Assembly (NCBI GenBank): GCA_938091145.1
Contig: CALKMS010000032.1
Span: 1-51,259, forward strand
Direction of reading: 5' to 3'
Origin: an uncultured bacterium
GTDB taxonomy: Bacteria > Actinomycetota > Aquicultoria > SKW223 > CALKMS01
Length of the DNA: 51,259 nt
Shown: positions 8,152 through 17,578 of the stretch, piece by piece
Numbering within the stretch: position 1 is the first letter of the stretch
How the letters are laid out: every line of letters starts with the position of its first letter
Translations under genes and position numbers: made by a program
Notes under the pieces: generated by a model
Seen by the model: only the letters and a program-made list of their open reading frames with translations
What the model was told of the DNA's origin: nothing
Databases searched by the model: none

Positions 8152-8497
8152 TGAAACGCTGGAAAAAGCTTCTGAATTGATGAAGTCTAATGGCATTCGT
8201 TCTCTGGTAGTAACGAATGAATCGCAGGGAGTTATTGGTATAATTACTGATAGTGACATTGTTCTACGAGGAATGGCTAAGGGTGATTTTCGAAAGGTGC
8301 GGGTGAAAGAAGTGATGACCGCTAACCCTGTGGTAGTAAATCATGATGATGATCTATTTTATGTGATAAACCGAATGAGACAGGGGAAGTTTCGTCGCCT
8401 TCCAGTGGTAGAGAAGGGCAAACTAGTCGGTATCGTTTCAATTACTGATATTGCTCCTTTTATGGTTGATTATTTGAAAAAGATAACCAGCTATTGA
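8102..8497 (+). CDS. CBS-domain pair protein
   Basis: ATG 8102 lies 8 nt after AAAGGAGG (8086-8093). Two CBS motifs (VKEVMKRQVVTISPD..; VKEVMTANPVVVNHD..). The 5' end overlaps the rarA tail by 50 nt. Confidence 0.85.
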   Translation: MKVKEVMKRQVVTISPDETLEKASELMKSNGIRSLVVTNESQGVIGIITDSDIVLRGMAKGDFRKVRVKEVMTANPVVVNHDDDLFYVINRMRQGKFRRLPVVEKGKLVGIVSITDIAPFMVDYLKKITSY

Positions 8498-8512
8498 TCC
8501 AGATAGTTTTTC

Positions 8513-8541
8513 TTCACAACCTAGAAGTTCTGGATTATACT
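8513..8541 (+). promoter_or_regulatory. Possible promoter for gatB (TTCACA-N17-TATACT)
   Basis: -35 at 8513-8518, 17-nt spacer, -10 at 8536-8541, in the 90-nt gap before gatB. Confidence 0.35.
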
Positions 8542-8587
8542 TTGTCTGCTCATTTAATTTTTGTTTTTCTAGGAGAAGCCTAAAATA

Positions 8588-10051
8588 TTGGTTCGGGAAG
8601 ATTACGAGGCGATAATTGGTTTAGAAATACATGTTGAACTATCCACGGAGAGCAAGATGTTTTGTTCTTGCTCTGCTCGGAGTTTTGGGGCTAAACCAAA
8701 CACCTTTACCTGCCCTGTTTGTTTAGGAATGCCGGGTGTGCTTCCGGTTATCAATCGACGAGCAGTGGAGGACGCTATTTTGGTTGCTATTTCTTTGAAC
8801 TGTTCAATTCCCGAGTTTTGTCAGTTTCATCGAAAGAATTATTTCTATCCTGATATGCCAAAAAATTATCAAATCTCTCAGTACGATTATCCACTAGGAG
8901 TTAAAGGGTGGGTCGAAATTGAAGTGGGCGACCAAAGGAAAAAAGTAGGGATTGCGCGGGTTCACATGGAAGAAGACACTGGGAAATTGATTCACATTGG
9001 CGAAAGCGGTCGGATAAGCGAAGCTGATTATAGTTTGGTCGATTTTAATCGGGCGGGGATTCCTTTGATTGAAATAGTTACTGAACCGGTTTTGAGGACG
9101 CCTGAAGAAGCCAAAGAGTTTATGAAAACTTTGCGCAATATCCTGCTCTGCCTTGGTGTTTCCGACTGTAATATGGAAGAGGGTTCTTTACGCTGTGACG
9201 CAAATGTTTCAGTTCGGAAAAAAGGAGAAACCTCATTGGGGGTAAAAACCGAAATAAAGAATTTAAACTCGTTCAAGGCTTTGCAGCGAGGGCTAGAGTA
9301 TGAAATTGAGAGACAAATTAAGCTATTAGAGAGTGGAGAATCAGTGACACAAGAAACTCGCCATTTTGATGCTGATCGCAATATCACTACTGCTCTAAGG
9401 ACCAAAGAGGAAGCTCACGATTATCGATATTTTCCGGATCCTGATCTTGTTCCTTTAGAAATTTCATCTGAATGGGTAGAAAGACTTCGAGCTAATCTTC
9501 CAGAGCTACCACAGGAGAGAAAGAAAAGATTTCAAAGAGAGTACGGATTAGGTTCACTAGAAGCTAAACTTTTAACCGAAGAAAAGGCTTGGGCCGATTA
9601 TTTTGAAGAGGTACACCGGCTTTTCCCTCAGCCGAAAATTATTGCTAATTGGATGCTTACCGAATTGGCTGCCCTTTTGAACCAGAGTGGCCTAAAGATA
9701 GACCAGTCGGCTTTTACACCCCGTCATTTAGCTGACCTCCTTAAGTTGTTAGACAAAAAGGTGATTAGCGGCAAGTTGGCTAAGATTATTATTGAGGAAA
9801 GCTTTGAACGAGGAGTTTTGCCCTCAATTATTGTTGAAGAAAAAGGCTTAGTTCAGATAAGTGATGAAGTTGAGCTTAGAAAATTGGTTGAGCAAGTAAT
9901 AGCTGAAAACCCTCAAGCAGTGGCTGATTATAAAAGAGGAAAGAAACAAGCAGTTGGTTATTTAGTCGGTCAGGTGATGAAGTTAACACAAGGGAAAGCT
10001 AACCCCCAGATAGTTGTTCGCTTACTTGAGGAAAGACTCAAGCTATCTTAG
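8588..10051 (+). CDS. gatB: Asp/Glu-tRNA(Asn/Gln) amidotransferase subunit B
   Basis: YEAIIGLEIHVEL, CPVCLGMPGVLP, ARVHMEEDTGK, and a C-terminal YqeY-like tail (GKANPQ). Confidence 0.95.
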   Translation: MVREDYEAIIGLEIHVELSTESKMFCSCSARSFGAKPNTFTCPVCLGMPGVLPVINRRAVEDAILVAISLNCSIPEFCQFHRKNYFYPDMPKNYQISQYDYPLGVKGWVEIEVGDQRKKVGIARVHMEEDTGKLIHIGESGRISEADYSLVDFNRAGIPLIEIVTEPVLRTPEEAKEFMKTLRNILLCLGVSDCNMEEGSLRCDANVSVRKKGETSLGVKTEIKNLNSFKALQRGLEYEIERQIKLLESGESVTQETRHFDADRNITTALRTKEEAHDYRYFPDPDLVPLEISSEWVERLRANLPELPQERKKRFQREYGLGSLEAKLLTEEKAWADYFEEVHRLFPQPKIIANWMLTELAALLNQSGLKIDQSAFTPRHLADLLKLLDKKVISGKLAKIIIEESFERGVLPSIIVEEKGLVQISDEVELRKLVEQVIAENPQAVADYKRGKKQAVGYLVGQVMKLTQGKANPQIVVRLLEERLKLS

Positions 10052-10125
10052 AGCTAAAGATTTTCCTTTATAGCTAGGATTAGCCAATTTAATAGGGCTA
10101 AAATTACCTCTTTTTTGGAAAAATG

Positions 10126-10154
10126 TTGTCCTTAACTGGCAAATGTGTTAACAT
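10126..10154 (+). promoter_or_regulatory. Possible promoter of the rimP-nusA-infB operon leader (TTGTCC-N17-TAACAT with TGn)
   Basis: -35 at 10126-10131; TG at 10146-10147; -10 at 10149-10154. Predicted TSS is near 10161. Confidence 0.35.
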
Positions 10155-10177
10155 AATAAAGCAGCCTGTTTTTGTTT

Positions 10178-10207
10178 AAAAGTGGGTAAAACCCACTTTT
10201 TTTATTC
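10178..10207 (+). terminator. Intrinsic terminator/attenuator hairpin in the rimP leader
   Basis: AAAAGTGGGT-AAA-ACCCACTTTT (10-bp stem, 10178-10200), with the T run continuing as TTTTTTT to 10203. It lies about 28 nt upstream of the rimP ATG. Confidence 0.65.
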
Positions 10208-10231
10208 AAAACTTTTGTTAATTCGATTAAA

Positions 10232-10696
10232 ATGAACAGAGAAATTGAGGAGAAGGTTGAAAAAATTATCAAACCTTATATAGAGGAGATGGGAGTTGAA
10301 CTTTACGGTGTGAGGTTTTTTTCTACCTCCGCTGGGCGAGTGTTGCGAATATATATTGATCAAGAGGGAGGAATTGACCTTAAAACCTGCGAGGAAGTGA
10401 GTTTGAGATTGAGTCCCCTCCTCGATTTAGAAGACCCTATTCCCTGCTCGTATTATCTTGAAGTTTCTTCTCCAGGCATTGAGCGCCCCTTATTTAAGAG
10501 GGAACATTTTTACCATAGTTTGGGCGAGAGAATTTCTTTAAAGACGGTTGAGCCGGTCGGTGGTCGGCGGAGTTTTATAGGGCAGATTGAGCAGGTTCAA
10601 CCAGGTTTTTTTGTTATTAGCTGCGATGGGAAAGAGTATGAGATTGAATATAGTAATGTTCAAAAAGCAAACTTGGTCGTAGATATAAAATTTTAG
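10232..10696 (+). CDS. rimP: Ribosome maturation factor RimP
   Basis: 154 aa; EEMGVELYGV, LRIYIDQEGGI, LEVSSPGIERPL. Position upstream of nusA. No obvious SD. Confidence 0.9.
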   Translation: MNREIEEKVEKIIKPYIEEMGVELYGVRFFSTSAGRVLRIYIDQEGGIDLKTCEEVSLRLSPLLDLEDPIPCSYYLEVSSPGIERPLFKREHFYHSLGERISLKTVEPVGGRRSFIGQIEQVQPGFFVISCDGKEYEIEYSNVQKANLVVDIKF

Positions 10697-10704
10697 GAGG
10701 ATTA

Positions 10705-11868
10705 ATGAGTAAAGAGCTTATCGAGGCTATTAAGCAATTGGAGATGGAAAGAGGGCTTAATTATTCGACGGTCATTGATGCTCTTAAGGCTGCTCTTCTC
10801 TCCGCTTATCGAAAGTATTTTAAAGATGAGAAAGCAAACGTAAGAATCGAAATTGACGAGGAAAGTGGAGAGATAAAGGTTATTGCTGATCGGGAAAAGG
10901 AAGTGGATGGCAAAAAGCAAATAGTTGAAGAAGAAGTGACCCCAAAAGATTTCGGTCGAATAGCGGCTCAGACTGCTAAACAAGTGGTTCTTCAAAAAAT
11001 TAGGGAAGCAGAAAGGGAGAAACTTTTTCAGGAATTTGCTGGAAAAGAAGGGGAACTGGTAACCGGTATTGTTCAGCAAAGCGATTATCGTTTTACGCTC
11101 CTTGATCTGGGCAATGCTGAGGCCTTACTTCCTCCTTCAGAACAAGTGCCTACCGAGCGCTATAAACATGGGATGAGACTTAAAGCTTATATTGTTGAGG
11201 TTAGAAAATCGACCAGGGAGCCACAGGTTATTGTTTCTCGTACCCACCCAGGTTTGGTAAGGCGGCTTTTCGAGTTAGAAGTGCCGGAAATTCAGCAAGG
11301 AATTGTCGAAATAAAAGTGGTTGCTCGCGAACCTGGCTATCGAACGAAAATAGCTGTTTATTCAAAAGATAAGAATGTTGATCCTGTCGGCGCTTGTGTG
11401 GGTCCTAAGGGGAGCCGGGTAAAGATGGTGGTTCAAGAGTTAAAAGGGGAGAAAATCGATGTAATTCCTTGGAACGAAAATCCTGCTCAACTTATTGCTA
11501 ATGCTTTGAGCCCTGCTAAAGTTAGCAAAGTTAGAATAAACGAGACGGAAAAAACGGCGCTCGTTATTGTTCCTGACGACCAACTTTCTTTAGCTATTGG
11601 CAAGGAAGGACAGAACGCTCGCCTGGCAGCTAAACTTACTGGGTGGAAGGTAGATATTAAAAGCGAGTCTCAGTTGGCAGAAGAGGAAAGCGAAAAGAAG
11701 GTAGAGAAAGCAGAGGATTTTAACCCAACTCAGCCAGAAATCTCGGCCGACCAAAAGCTTGAAAACTGTCAAGCTTTGACGACTAAAGGAACTCGTTGTA
11801 TGAATAAAGCTCTTTCGGGTAGTAAGTATTGTAAACGGCATCAGAACTACGTTGAGGGAGTTAAATGA
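10705..11868 (+). CDS. nusA: Transcription termination/antitermination factor NusA with a C-terminal CX9CX10CX2H extension
   Basis: NTD, S1 (GELVTGIVQ), KH1/KH2 ([23 protein letters not shown]). Tail is an acidic linker followed by [25 protein letters not shown]. Confidence 0.93.
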   Translation: MSKELIEAIKQLEMERGLNYSTVIDALKAALLSAYRKYFKDEKANVRIEIDEESGEIKVIADREKEVDGKKQIVEEEVTPKDFGRIAAQTAKQVVLQKIREAEREKLFQEFAGKEGELVTGIVQQSDYRFTLLDLGNAEALLPPSEQVPTERYKHGMRLKAYIVEVRKSTREPQVIVSRTHPGLVRRLFELEVPEIQQGIVEIKVVAREPGYRTKIAVYSKDKNVDPVGACVGPKGSRVKMVVQELKGEKIDVIPWNENPAQLIANALSPAKVSKVRINETEKTALVIVPDDQLSLAIGKEGQNARLAAKLTGWKVDIKSESQLAEEESEKKVEKAEDFNPTQPEISADQKLENCQALTTKGTRCMNKALSGSKYCKRHQNYVEGVK

Positions 11869-12143
11869 TGAAGAACTTGCCAATTCGGTTTTGTTTGGGT
11901 TGTCGCAGTCACAAACCAAAAAAAGAGCTTGTAAGATTGGTCAAGTCGAAAGAAGGAAAAGTTAAGATTGACTTGAGCGGAAAGCTGGCTGGCAGAGGGA
12001 GCTATTTTTGCCCTAATCTGAGTTGTTTAGAAAAAGGCAAGAAGCTATTGAGAAAAGCTCTTAGGGTCGAAGAAAGTTACTTAAATTGGGAGGAAATAAA
12101 GGAAGAATTTGAAAGGGTGGTAAAAGGTTTTAACCATGGCTAA
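11865..12143 (+). CDS. ylxR: YlxR/DUF448 RNA-binding protein
   Basis: RFCLGCRSHKPKKELVRLV, GRGSYFC. ATGA overlap with nusA; position between nusA and infB. Confidence 0.88.
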   Translation: MMKNLPIRFCLGCRSHKPKKELVRLVKSKEGKVKIDLSGKLAGRGSYFCPNLSCLEKGKKLLRKALRVEESYLNWEEIKEEFERVVKGFNHG

Positions 12144-14103
12144 AAAACGCCTTTTTGAGATAGCCAAGGAATTAAATATGAAAGTTAAGGATTTACAGGA
12201 TGTTCTGGCTTCTAAGGGCATTAAGTTTAAATCTCACATGACCCAGTTAGACGAAGATGAAGTTAGGAAAGTTTTAAATCAAAAAGCTAGTGAAACTTCT
12301 GATAAGAGCAAAAATACCAAAAATTTAGAGGAGAAGACTTTTAAAGAAAGTTCACCCTCAAAACCAGTTATAAAACTTCCCGAAGGGGTAACTGTCAGGG
12401 AGTTTGCTGAAAAAACAAAAAAGTCACCAACAGAGATTTTAAAGATATTGATGGAGTTAGGTGAGTTTCTCACTATTAATCAGTCGATGAGTCGGGAAGC
12501 AGCAGAGTTGGTTGCTGAGCATTTAGGTTTGAAAGTTGAGTTTATGTCGCCTTTTGAGGAAGTTCCGGTTGAAACCGAAGAGGAAACTGAAAGCGAGCAG
12601 GTTCCGAGACCACCAGTGGTGACGATTATGGGCCATGTTGATCACGGCAAAACGACATTACTTGATGCTATTAGACAAACTGATGTAGCTCTTAGAGAGT
12701 ATGGCGGAATAACCCAACACATTGGTGCTTATCAAATTGAGCACAAAGGTAAGAAAATTACTTTTATTGATACTCCTGGTCATGAGGCTTTTACTGCTAT
12801 GCGAGCCAGAGGAGCAAAGGTCACTGATATTGCTGTGCTTGTAGTGGCAGCTGATGATGGAGTCATGCCACAGACTATTGAGGCTATTAATCATGCAAAA
12901 GCTGCTAATGTTCCCATTTTAGTAGCTATCAACAAGATAGACAAAGAAGGTGCAAATCCAGAAAAAGTGAAGCAGCAATTGACAGAGTATGGCTTGGTGG
13001 CTGAGGAGTGGGGAGGCGACACAATTTTTGTACCTGTTTCGGCAAAACAAAGAACTAATCTTGATGAGCTTTTGGAAATGATTCTACTTTTAGCTGAGGT
13101 TCAGGAACTTAAATCAAGCATTTCTGGGCCGGCTCGAGCGGTGGTGATTGAGTCAAAGCTTGACCGCGGGAGAGGGCCAATGGCAACCGTTTTAGTTGAG
13201 AAGGGAGTTTTGAGAGTCGGCGATGCAGTGGTTGCCGGATTAGCTTATGGAAAAATAAGGGCTTTGTTTGATGACAAAGGTCAATCGGTAGAAGAAGCAT
13301 ACCCAGCTCAGCCAGTTGAGGTGCTTGGTCTCTCGGCGGTTCCTGAGCCGGGAGTGGAAATGATAGTAGTAGAAGGGGAAAAGAAAGCTCGTCAAATAGC
13401 TGAGGAGAGAGCCTTGAGGGCTCGTGTGCTTGCTGCCCAAAAACGACATGTTAGCTTGGAAGACCTTTTTGCCCTTAGTAAAGAAAGGGAAGATGTGGTT
13501 CTGAATCTAATTGTCAAGGCCGATACTCAGGGTTCACTTGAGGCAGTTAAGGATGCTTTGGAAAGGATTAAAACTGATGGAGCAAGGATAAAAATTCTCC
13601 ACACTGGTGTTGGGGCGATAAGCGAAGCTGATGTTATGCTTGCTAGCGCCTCGGATGCGGTTATCGTAGGCTTTAATGTTAGACCGAATGTTAAGACTCA
13701 AAAGCTTGCCCAAAGTGAAAAAATAGAAATACGTACTTACCGGGTGATTTACGAATTGACACAAGAAATTGAAGCGGCTTTGAGAGGCAAGCTTAAGCCG
13801 GAATTTGTCGAAGAAACCTTGGGATTGGCTGAAGTGAGAGCAACTTTTAAAATCTCTCGGTTAGGAGTGGTTGCTGGTTGTTATGTCATGGAGGGTAGGG
13901 TAACTAAGGACTCGAAAGTCCGTCTTTTGAGAGAAGGTTCGATTATTTTTGAAGGAGAAATTAGCTCTTTGAGGCGCTTCAAGGAGGATGTACGCGAGGT
14001 AAAAGCGGGCTTTGAGTGTGGCATCCTGCTTGACGGGTTTAATGATGTTAAAGTCGGGGATTTAATCGAGAGTTATCAGATTGTTGAAAAAAAGCCTGTT
14101 TAA
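12136..14103 (+). CDS. infB: Translation initiation factor IF-2
   Basis: 655 aa. G domain ([24 protein letters not shown]) and C-terminal IF2 domains. Confidence 0.96.
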   Translation: MAKKRLFEIAKELNMKVKDLQDVLASKGIKFKSHMTQLDEDEVRKVLNQKASETSDKSKNTKNLEEKTFKESSPSKPVIKLPEGVTVREFAEKTKKSPTEILKILMELGEFLTINQSMSREAAELVAEHLGLKVEFMSPFEEVPVETEEETESEQVPRPPVVTIMGHVDHGKTTLLDAIRQTDVALREYGGITQHIGAYQIEHKGKKITFIDTPGHEAFTAMRARGAKVTDIAVLVVAADDGVMPQTIEAINHAKAANVPILVAINKIDKEGANPEKVKQQLTEYGLVAEEWGGDTIFVPVSAKQRTNLDELLEMILLLAEVQELKSSISGPARAVVIESKLDRGRGPMATVLVEKGVLRVGDAVVAGLAYGKIRALFDDKGQSVEEAYPAQPVEVLGLSAVPEPGVEMIVVEGEKKARQIAEERALRARVLAAQKRHVSLEDLFALSKEREDVVLNLIVKADTQGSLEAVKDALERIKTDGARIKILHTGVGAISEADVMLASASDAVIVGFNVRPNVKTQKLAQSEKIEIRTYRVIYELTQEIEAALRGKLKPEFVEETLGLAEVRATFKISRLGVVAGCYVMEGRVTKDSKVRLLREGSIIFEGEISSLRRFKEDVREVKAGFECGILLDGFNDVKVGDLIESYQIVEKKPV

Positions 14104-14117
14104 ACAAGGGAGGCGCC

Positions 14118-14483
14118 TTGTTTGTTTCGCTTTCTTTCTGGCAAATGTATTTTTCTAATTGCCATTCTTTAAAGGACAAAAGAAGACTTGTGAACAGTTT
14201 AACTGATCGTTTGAAAAGAAAACTTTCAGTTTCTTGTCGGGTTGTGGGCGGCTCAAGAAATAGAAGAGAAGGAGTATTAGGGGTGACGTCAATAGTTTTA
14301 TCTAAAGAGGAAGCCGAAAAGTTGGTTCAGGAAGTAGAAAAAGAAATTTTACTTACCCCTGAAGTGGTTTTGGTGGGGGTAAAAAAATGCTTGTTAGGAA
14401 GTGAGGTAATCGAAGATGAGCTGGAAGATCGAGCGTTTGAGCCATATGATAAAGGAAGAGATTGGTCGGATGATGGAAAGTGA
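14118..14483 (+). CDS. DUF503 (YlxP-like) protein
   Basis: TTG start after GGGAGG. HSLKDKRRLVNSL motif 16 aa from the N-terminus. Conserved position between infB and rbfA. The acidic C-terminal tail overlaps rbfA by 68 nt. Confidence 0.75.
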   Translation: MFVSLSFWQMYFSNCHSLKDKRRLVNSLTDRLKRKLSVSCRVVGGSRNRREGVLGVTSIVLSKEEAEKLVQEVEKEILLTPEVVLVGVKKCLLGSEVIEDELEDRAFEPYDKGRDWSDDGK

Positions 14484-14766
14484 AATGGCTGATCCTCGCT
14501 TGGGTTTTGTTACCGTTACCAAAGTCAAACTGAGCGGGGATTTAAAGCAGGCTATAATTTACTTTTCGGTTCTGGGTAAAAAGGAGGCCTGGCGAGATTC
14601 TTTACGGGCATTAGAAAGTGCCCGAGGGTACCTTAAGATTGGTTTAGCCCGCAATCTAAAATTGCGCTTCATTCCGGAATTGATATTCAGAGAAGATGAT
14701 ACTCTAATAAAGGGAGCTAGAGTAATTGAACTTATTGAGAAAGAAAGAAGAAAAAGAGCTAAGTAA
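14416..14766 (+). CDS. rbfA: Ribosome-binding factor A
   Basis: RLSHMIKEEIGRMM..ADPRLGFVTVTKVKLSGDLKQAIIYFSVLG. Confidence 0.9.
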   Translation: MSWKIERLSHMIKEEIGRMMESEMADPRLGFVTVTKVKLSGDLKQAIIYFSVLGKKEAWRDSLRALESARGYLKIGLARNLKLRFIPELIFREDDTLIKGARVIELIEKERRKRAK

Positions 14767-15700
14767 AATAAAAGAGCTTTTTTTAGAAAAAAAGTATTTC
14801 TTTCTTTCCACTCATCTTTACCCCGATGGTGACGCACTGGGTTCTTTGGTTGGGTTAGCGATTGCTTTGAGAAATCAAGGTAAAGTAGTGAAAATGGGTT
14901 TGGGTGAAAGGGAGCCCTTGCCTCCCCATTATCTTTTTTTACCCTATTTGGATGAAATTGTTTATCCTGATGGTCATTGGTTTAAAGAGGAAGTTTTTGT
15001 TGCTCTCGACTGCGCTTCAATGGCAAGACTGGGAGGCTGGGTTGAAAAGGCAAAAAAAGCAAAGTGGCTTGTCAACATTGATCACCACCAAACTAACGAG
15101 AGATTCGGGAGTTTAAACTTAATTGAGGTAAAATCTTCCTCCACCAGTGAGCTGGTTTTTATAATCCTCAAGGAGTTGGGTTTCGAATTGAATAAAGAAG
15201 CGGCTCTAGCTTTTTATGTTGGTATTTTAACCGATACCGGCCGTTTTCAATACGCCAATACGTCGGCAAAAACTTTTGAAATTGCTCGCGAACTAATTGG
15301 TTTTGGACTCGATACCTTTCAAATTTTCCAAAATGTTTATGAAAATTACTCTTTCAACTGCTTGAAACTTTTAGGGCTGATACTTAAGAGAGCTCGAAAG
15401 GAAGGAGAGTTAATTCATTCATACCTCACTCAAAGGGACTTGGCAAAGTTTAATGTTGGTTTGTCAGAAACCGAGAATTACATTGATTTCTTGAGGTTAA
15501 ATCGCGATTCAAAGCTGGCAATCCTTTTTAAAGAGTTACCTGATGGTAATTGGAAAGTAAGTTTGCGTGGTAAGAAAGGTGTTTATTCCCATCTAATTGC
15601 TTCTCGGTTTGGTGGGGGGGGCCATCCGGGAGCAGCTGGTTTCACAACTAGTTTGCCCCGAAGAAAAGTTTTAAATTTAATAAAAGGGGATTTAATTTAA
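14726..15700 (+). CDS. nrnA: DHH/DHHA1 phosphoesterase (NrnA-like oligoribonuclease/pAp phosphatase)
   Basis: HLYPDGDALGS, DHHQTN, GILTDTGRFQY, GGGGHPGAAGF. Start codon uncertain (TTG 14726 or 14735). Confidence 0.85.
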   Translation: MNLLRKKEEKELSKIKELFLEKKYFFLSTHLYPDGDALGSLVGLAIALRNQGKVVKMGLGEREPLPPHYLFLPYLDEIVYPDGHWFKEEVFVALDCASMARLGGWVEKAKKAKWLVNIDHHQTNERFGSLNLIEVKSSSTSELVFIILKELGFELNKEAALAFYVGILTDTGRFQYANTSAKTFEIARELIGFGLDTFQIFQNVYENYSFNCLKLLGLILKRARKEGELIHSYLTQRDLAKFNVGLSETENYIDFLRLNRDSKLAILFKELPDGNWKVSLRGKKGVYSHLIASRFGGGGHPGAAGFTTSLPRRKVLNLIKGDLI

Positions 15701-15701
15701 A

Positions 15702-16628
15702 GTGAACGGTTTTTTGGTGGTTGATAAGCCTCCTTTTATTACTTCACATGATGTGGTCGACCGAGTAAGAAGGTTTTTTAAGGAAAAAAAAGTAGGCCAT
15801 ACTGGAACCCTCGACCCGATGGCCACAGGAGTTCTCGTTCTTGCTTTGGGTAAAGCAACTCGGCTGAGTCGATTTCTTAAACTGGAACCTAAAACTTATT
15901 TGGCTGAGATAACTTTTGGGATCGAAACAGATACGCTGGACTCAACTGGAAAAGTAGTTTGCGAAAAAAAAGTGAGTTTAAACGAAGAAGAAGTTGAAGA
16001 AGGGCTAAACCGTTTTTTGGGACGGGTAATGCAAATACCCCCAATGACTTCTGCAATTAAGAAAAACGGTGTTCCTCTTTACGTTTTGGCTCGGAAGGGT
16101 TTGGAAGTTGAGAGAACACCGCGGGAAGTTTTTTTTTACCGACTTGAACTTTTGAAGTTAGAATTAGGAGATAATCCTAAAGCTACGATCAGGGTGGAAA
16201 GCTCAAAGGGTGCTTACATTCGGGTTTTAGCTGCCGACTTAGGGAAAGCTTTGGGGACGGTTGCTCATCTTTCAGGTTTGAGGCGGTTGAGTTGCGGCAG
16301 TTTTTCCTTGGAACAAGCTCACACACTTAAAGAGCTTAAAGCTTTGCGGGATGAGGGAAGGCTTGAGGAGGTCTTGATTCCTTTGAATGAGGGTTTAAGT
16401 CACTGCCCAAAAGTAATTCTCAAAAATTCTTTTACTTATAAAGTGAAAAGAGGTCAACCGCCCAATCTGGCTATGATTTCAAAAAAGCCATTTAATCTGA
16501 AAAATGGCGTGGTAGTGAGGTTAGTTGAGTCTTCAGGCGAACTTTTAGCAGTTGCTCGCTGGCAGGGTGAATTCGTTTATGACTTGCGCCAGCCAGTTGC
16601 CAAATTGGAAGTGGTGTTGGCAAATTGA
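15702..16628 (+). CDS. truB: tRNA pseudouridine(55) synthase
   Basis: GFLVVDKP..TSHDVV, KVGHTGTLDPMATGVL, and a C-terminal PUA domain. Confidence 0.94.
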   Translation: MNGFLVVDKPPFITSHDVVDRVRRFFKEKKVGHTGTLDPMATGVLVLALGKATRLSRFLKLEPKTYLAEITFGIETDTLDSTGKVVCEKKVSLNEEEVEEGLNRFLGRVMQIPPMTSAIKKNGVPLYVLARKGLEVERTPREVFFYRLELLKLELGDNPKATIRVESSKGAYIRVLAADLGKALGTVAHLSGLRRLSCGSFSLEQAHTLKELKALRDEGRLEEVLIPLNEGLSHCPKVILKNSFTYKVKRGQPPNLAMISKKPFNLKNGVVVRLVESSGELLAVARWQGEFVYDLRQPVAKLEVVLAN

Positions 16629-17554
16629 GAAAGATTAAATTTGTTCTAACTGGCTTGCGTGAAGGAAGTGTTTTAGCTATTGGTGTTTTCGACGGTGTTC
16701 ACCTAGGCCATCAGTTGCTTTTGCGTAAAGCAAAGGATTTAGCCGAAAAAGAAAGAACTATTCTGGCGGTTTTGACCTTTTCCCCCCATCCAGAGGAAAT
16801 TTTGAGAGGGGAAAGAAATTTTCTAATCTTGCCGGAAGAAGAGCGGAAAAATAAACTTCTTCAGATGGGGGCTGACCTAATAATGACTCAGAAAATCGAC
16901 GACTCTTTTTTATCGCTAGAACCTGCAGAGTTTGTTGAGGAAATTGCTGCCTTTAATCCGGCTTGGGTAGTAATCGGCAAGGATTTTCATTTTGGCCGGG
17001 GGAAAAGTGGCGACGCAAATTTGATGCGAAAAATGGGAAATAAGTTTGGGTTTAAAGTATATCCTGTTCCTCTTTATGAAGTGAATGGAAAGAAGGTTAG
17101 TAGTAGCTTGATCCGAGAAGCTTTGTCGATAGGTGACTTTGAAATGGCTCGAAAGCTTCTGGGTTTTCCTTATTATTTAGTGGGCGAGGTGGAGAGGAGA
17201 AAAGGCTTGGCTTCCAAAGTTTTGGGGTATCCAACAGCAAACCTTTCCGTCGATGAAAGACTTTTTAGTTTGCCATCAGGTGTTTACCTTGGCCGGGTGT
17301 TTTTTCAAGGTAAAGAGCACAAATCTTTGGTATATAGCGGCACGAGCCCTACTTTAGGATTAGACCAGAAGGCTTTGGAGGTTCATTTTCTTGACTTTAA
17401 AGGAGAAGTTCCTAAAGGTTCAAAGCTCAAAGTTGAACTTTTAAAAAAGCTTCGAGAAGAAATGCATTTTTCGAATCTGAAAGAGTTGAAGGAACAAATT
17501 GAAAGCGATATTGCAAGAGCAAAAAATATTGAGTTGCCCATTTCAGAAAGATAA
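16625..17554 (+). CDS. ribF: Bifunctional riboflavin kinase/FMN adenylyltransferase
   Basis: IGVFDGVHLGHQ, FSPHP, GKDFHFG, and a C-terminal kinase domain (GYPTANL..LEVHFLDF). Confidence 0.92.
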   Translation: MRKIKFVLTGLREGSVLAIGVFDGVHLGHQLLLRKAKDLAEKERTILAVLTFSPHPEEILRGERNFLILPEEERKNKLLQMGADLIMTQKIDDSFLSLEPAEFVEEIAAFNPAWVVIGKDFHFGRGKSGDANLMRKMGNKFGFKVYPVPLYEVNGKKVSSSLIREALSIGDFEMARKLLGFPYYLVGEVERRKGLASKVLGYPTANLSVDERLFSLPSGVYLGRVFFQGKEHKSLVYSGTSPTLGLDQKALEVHFLDFKGEVPKGSKLKVELLKKLREEMHFSNLKELKEQIESDIARAKNIELPISER

Positions 17555-17578
17555 AATTTGTTTTTGGGAGGTTGAAAA

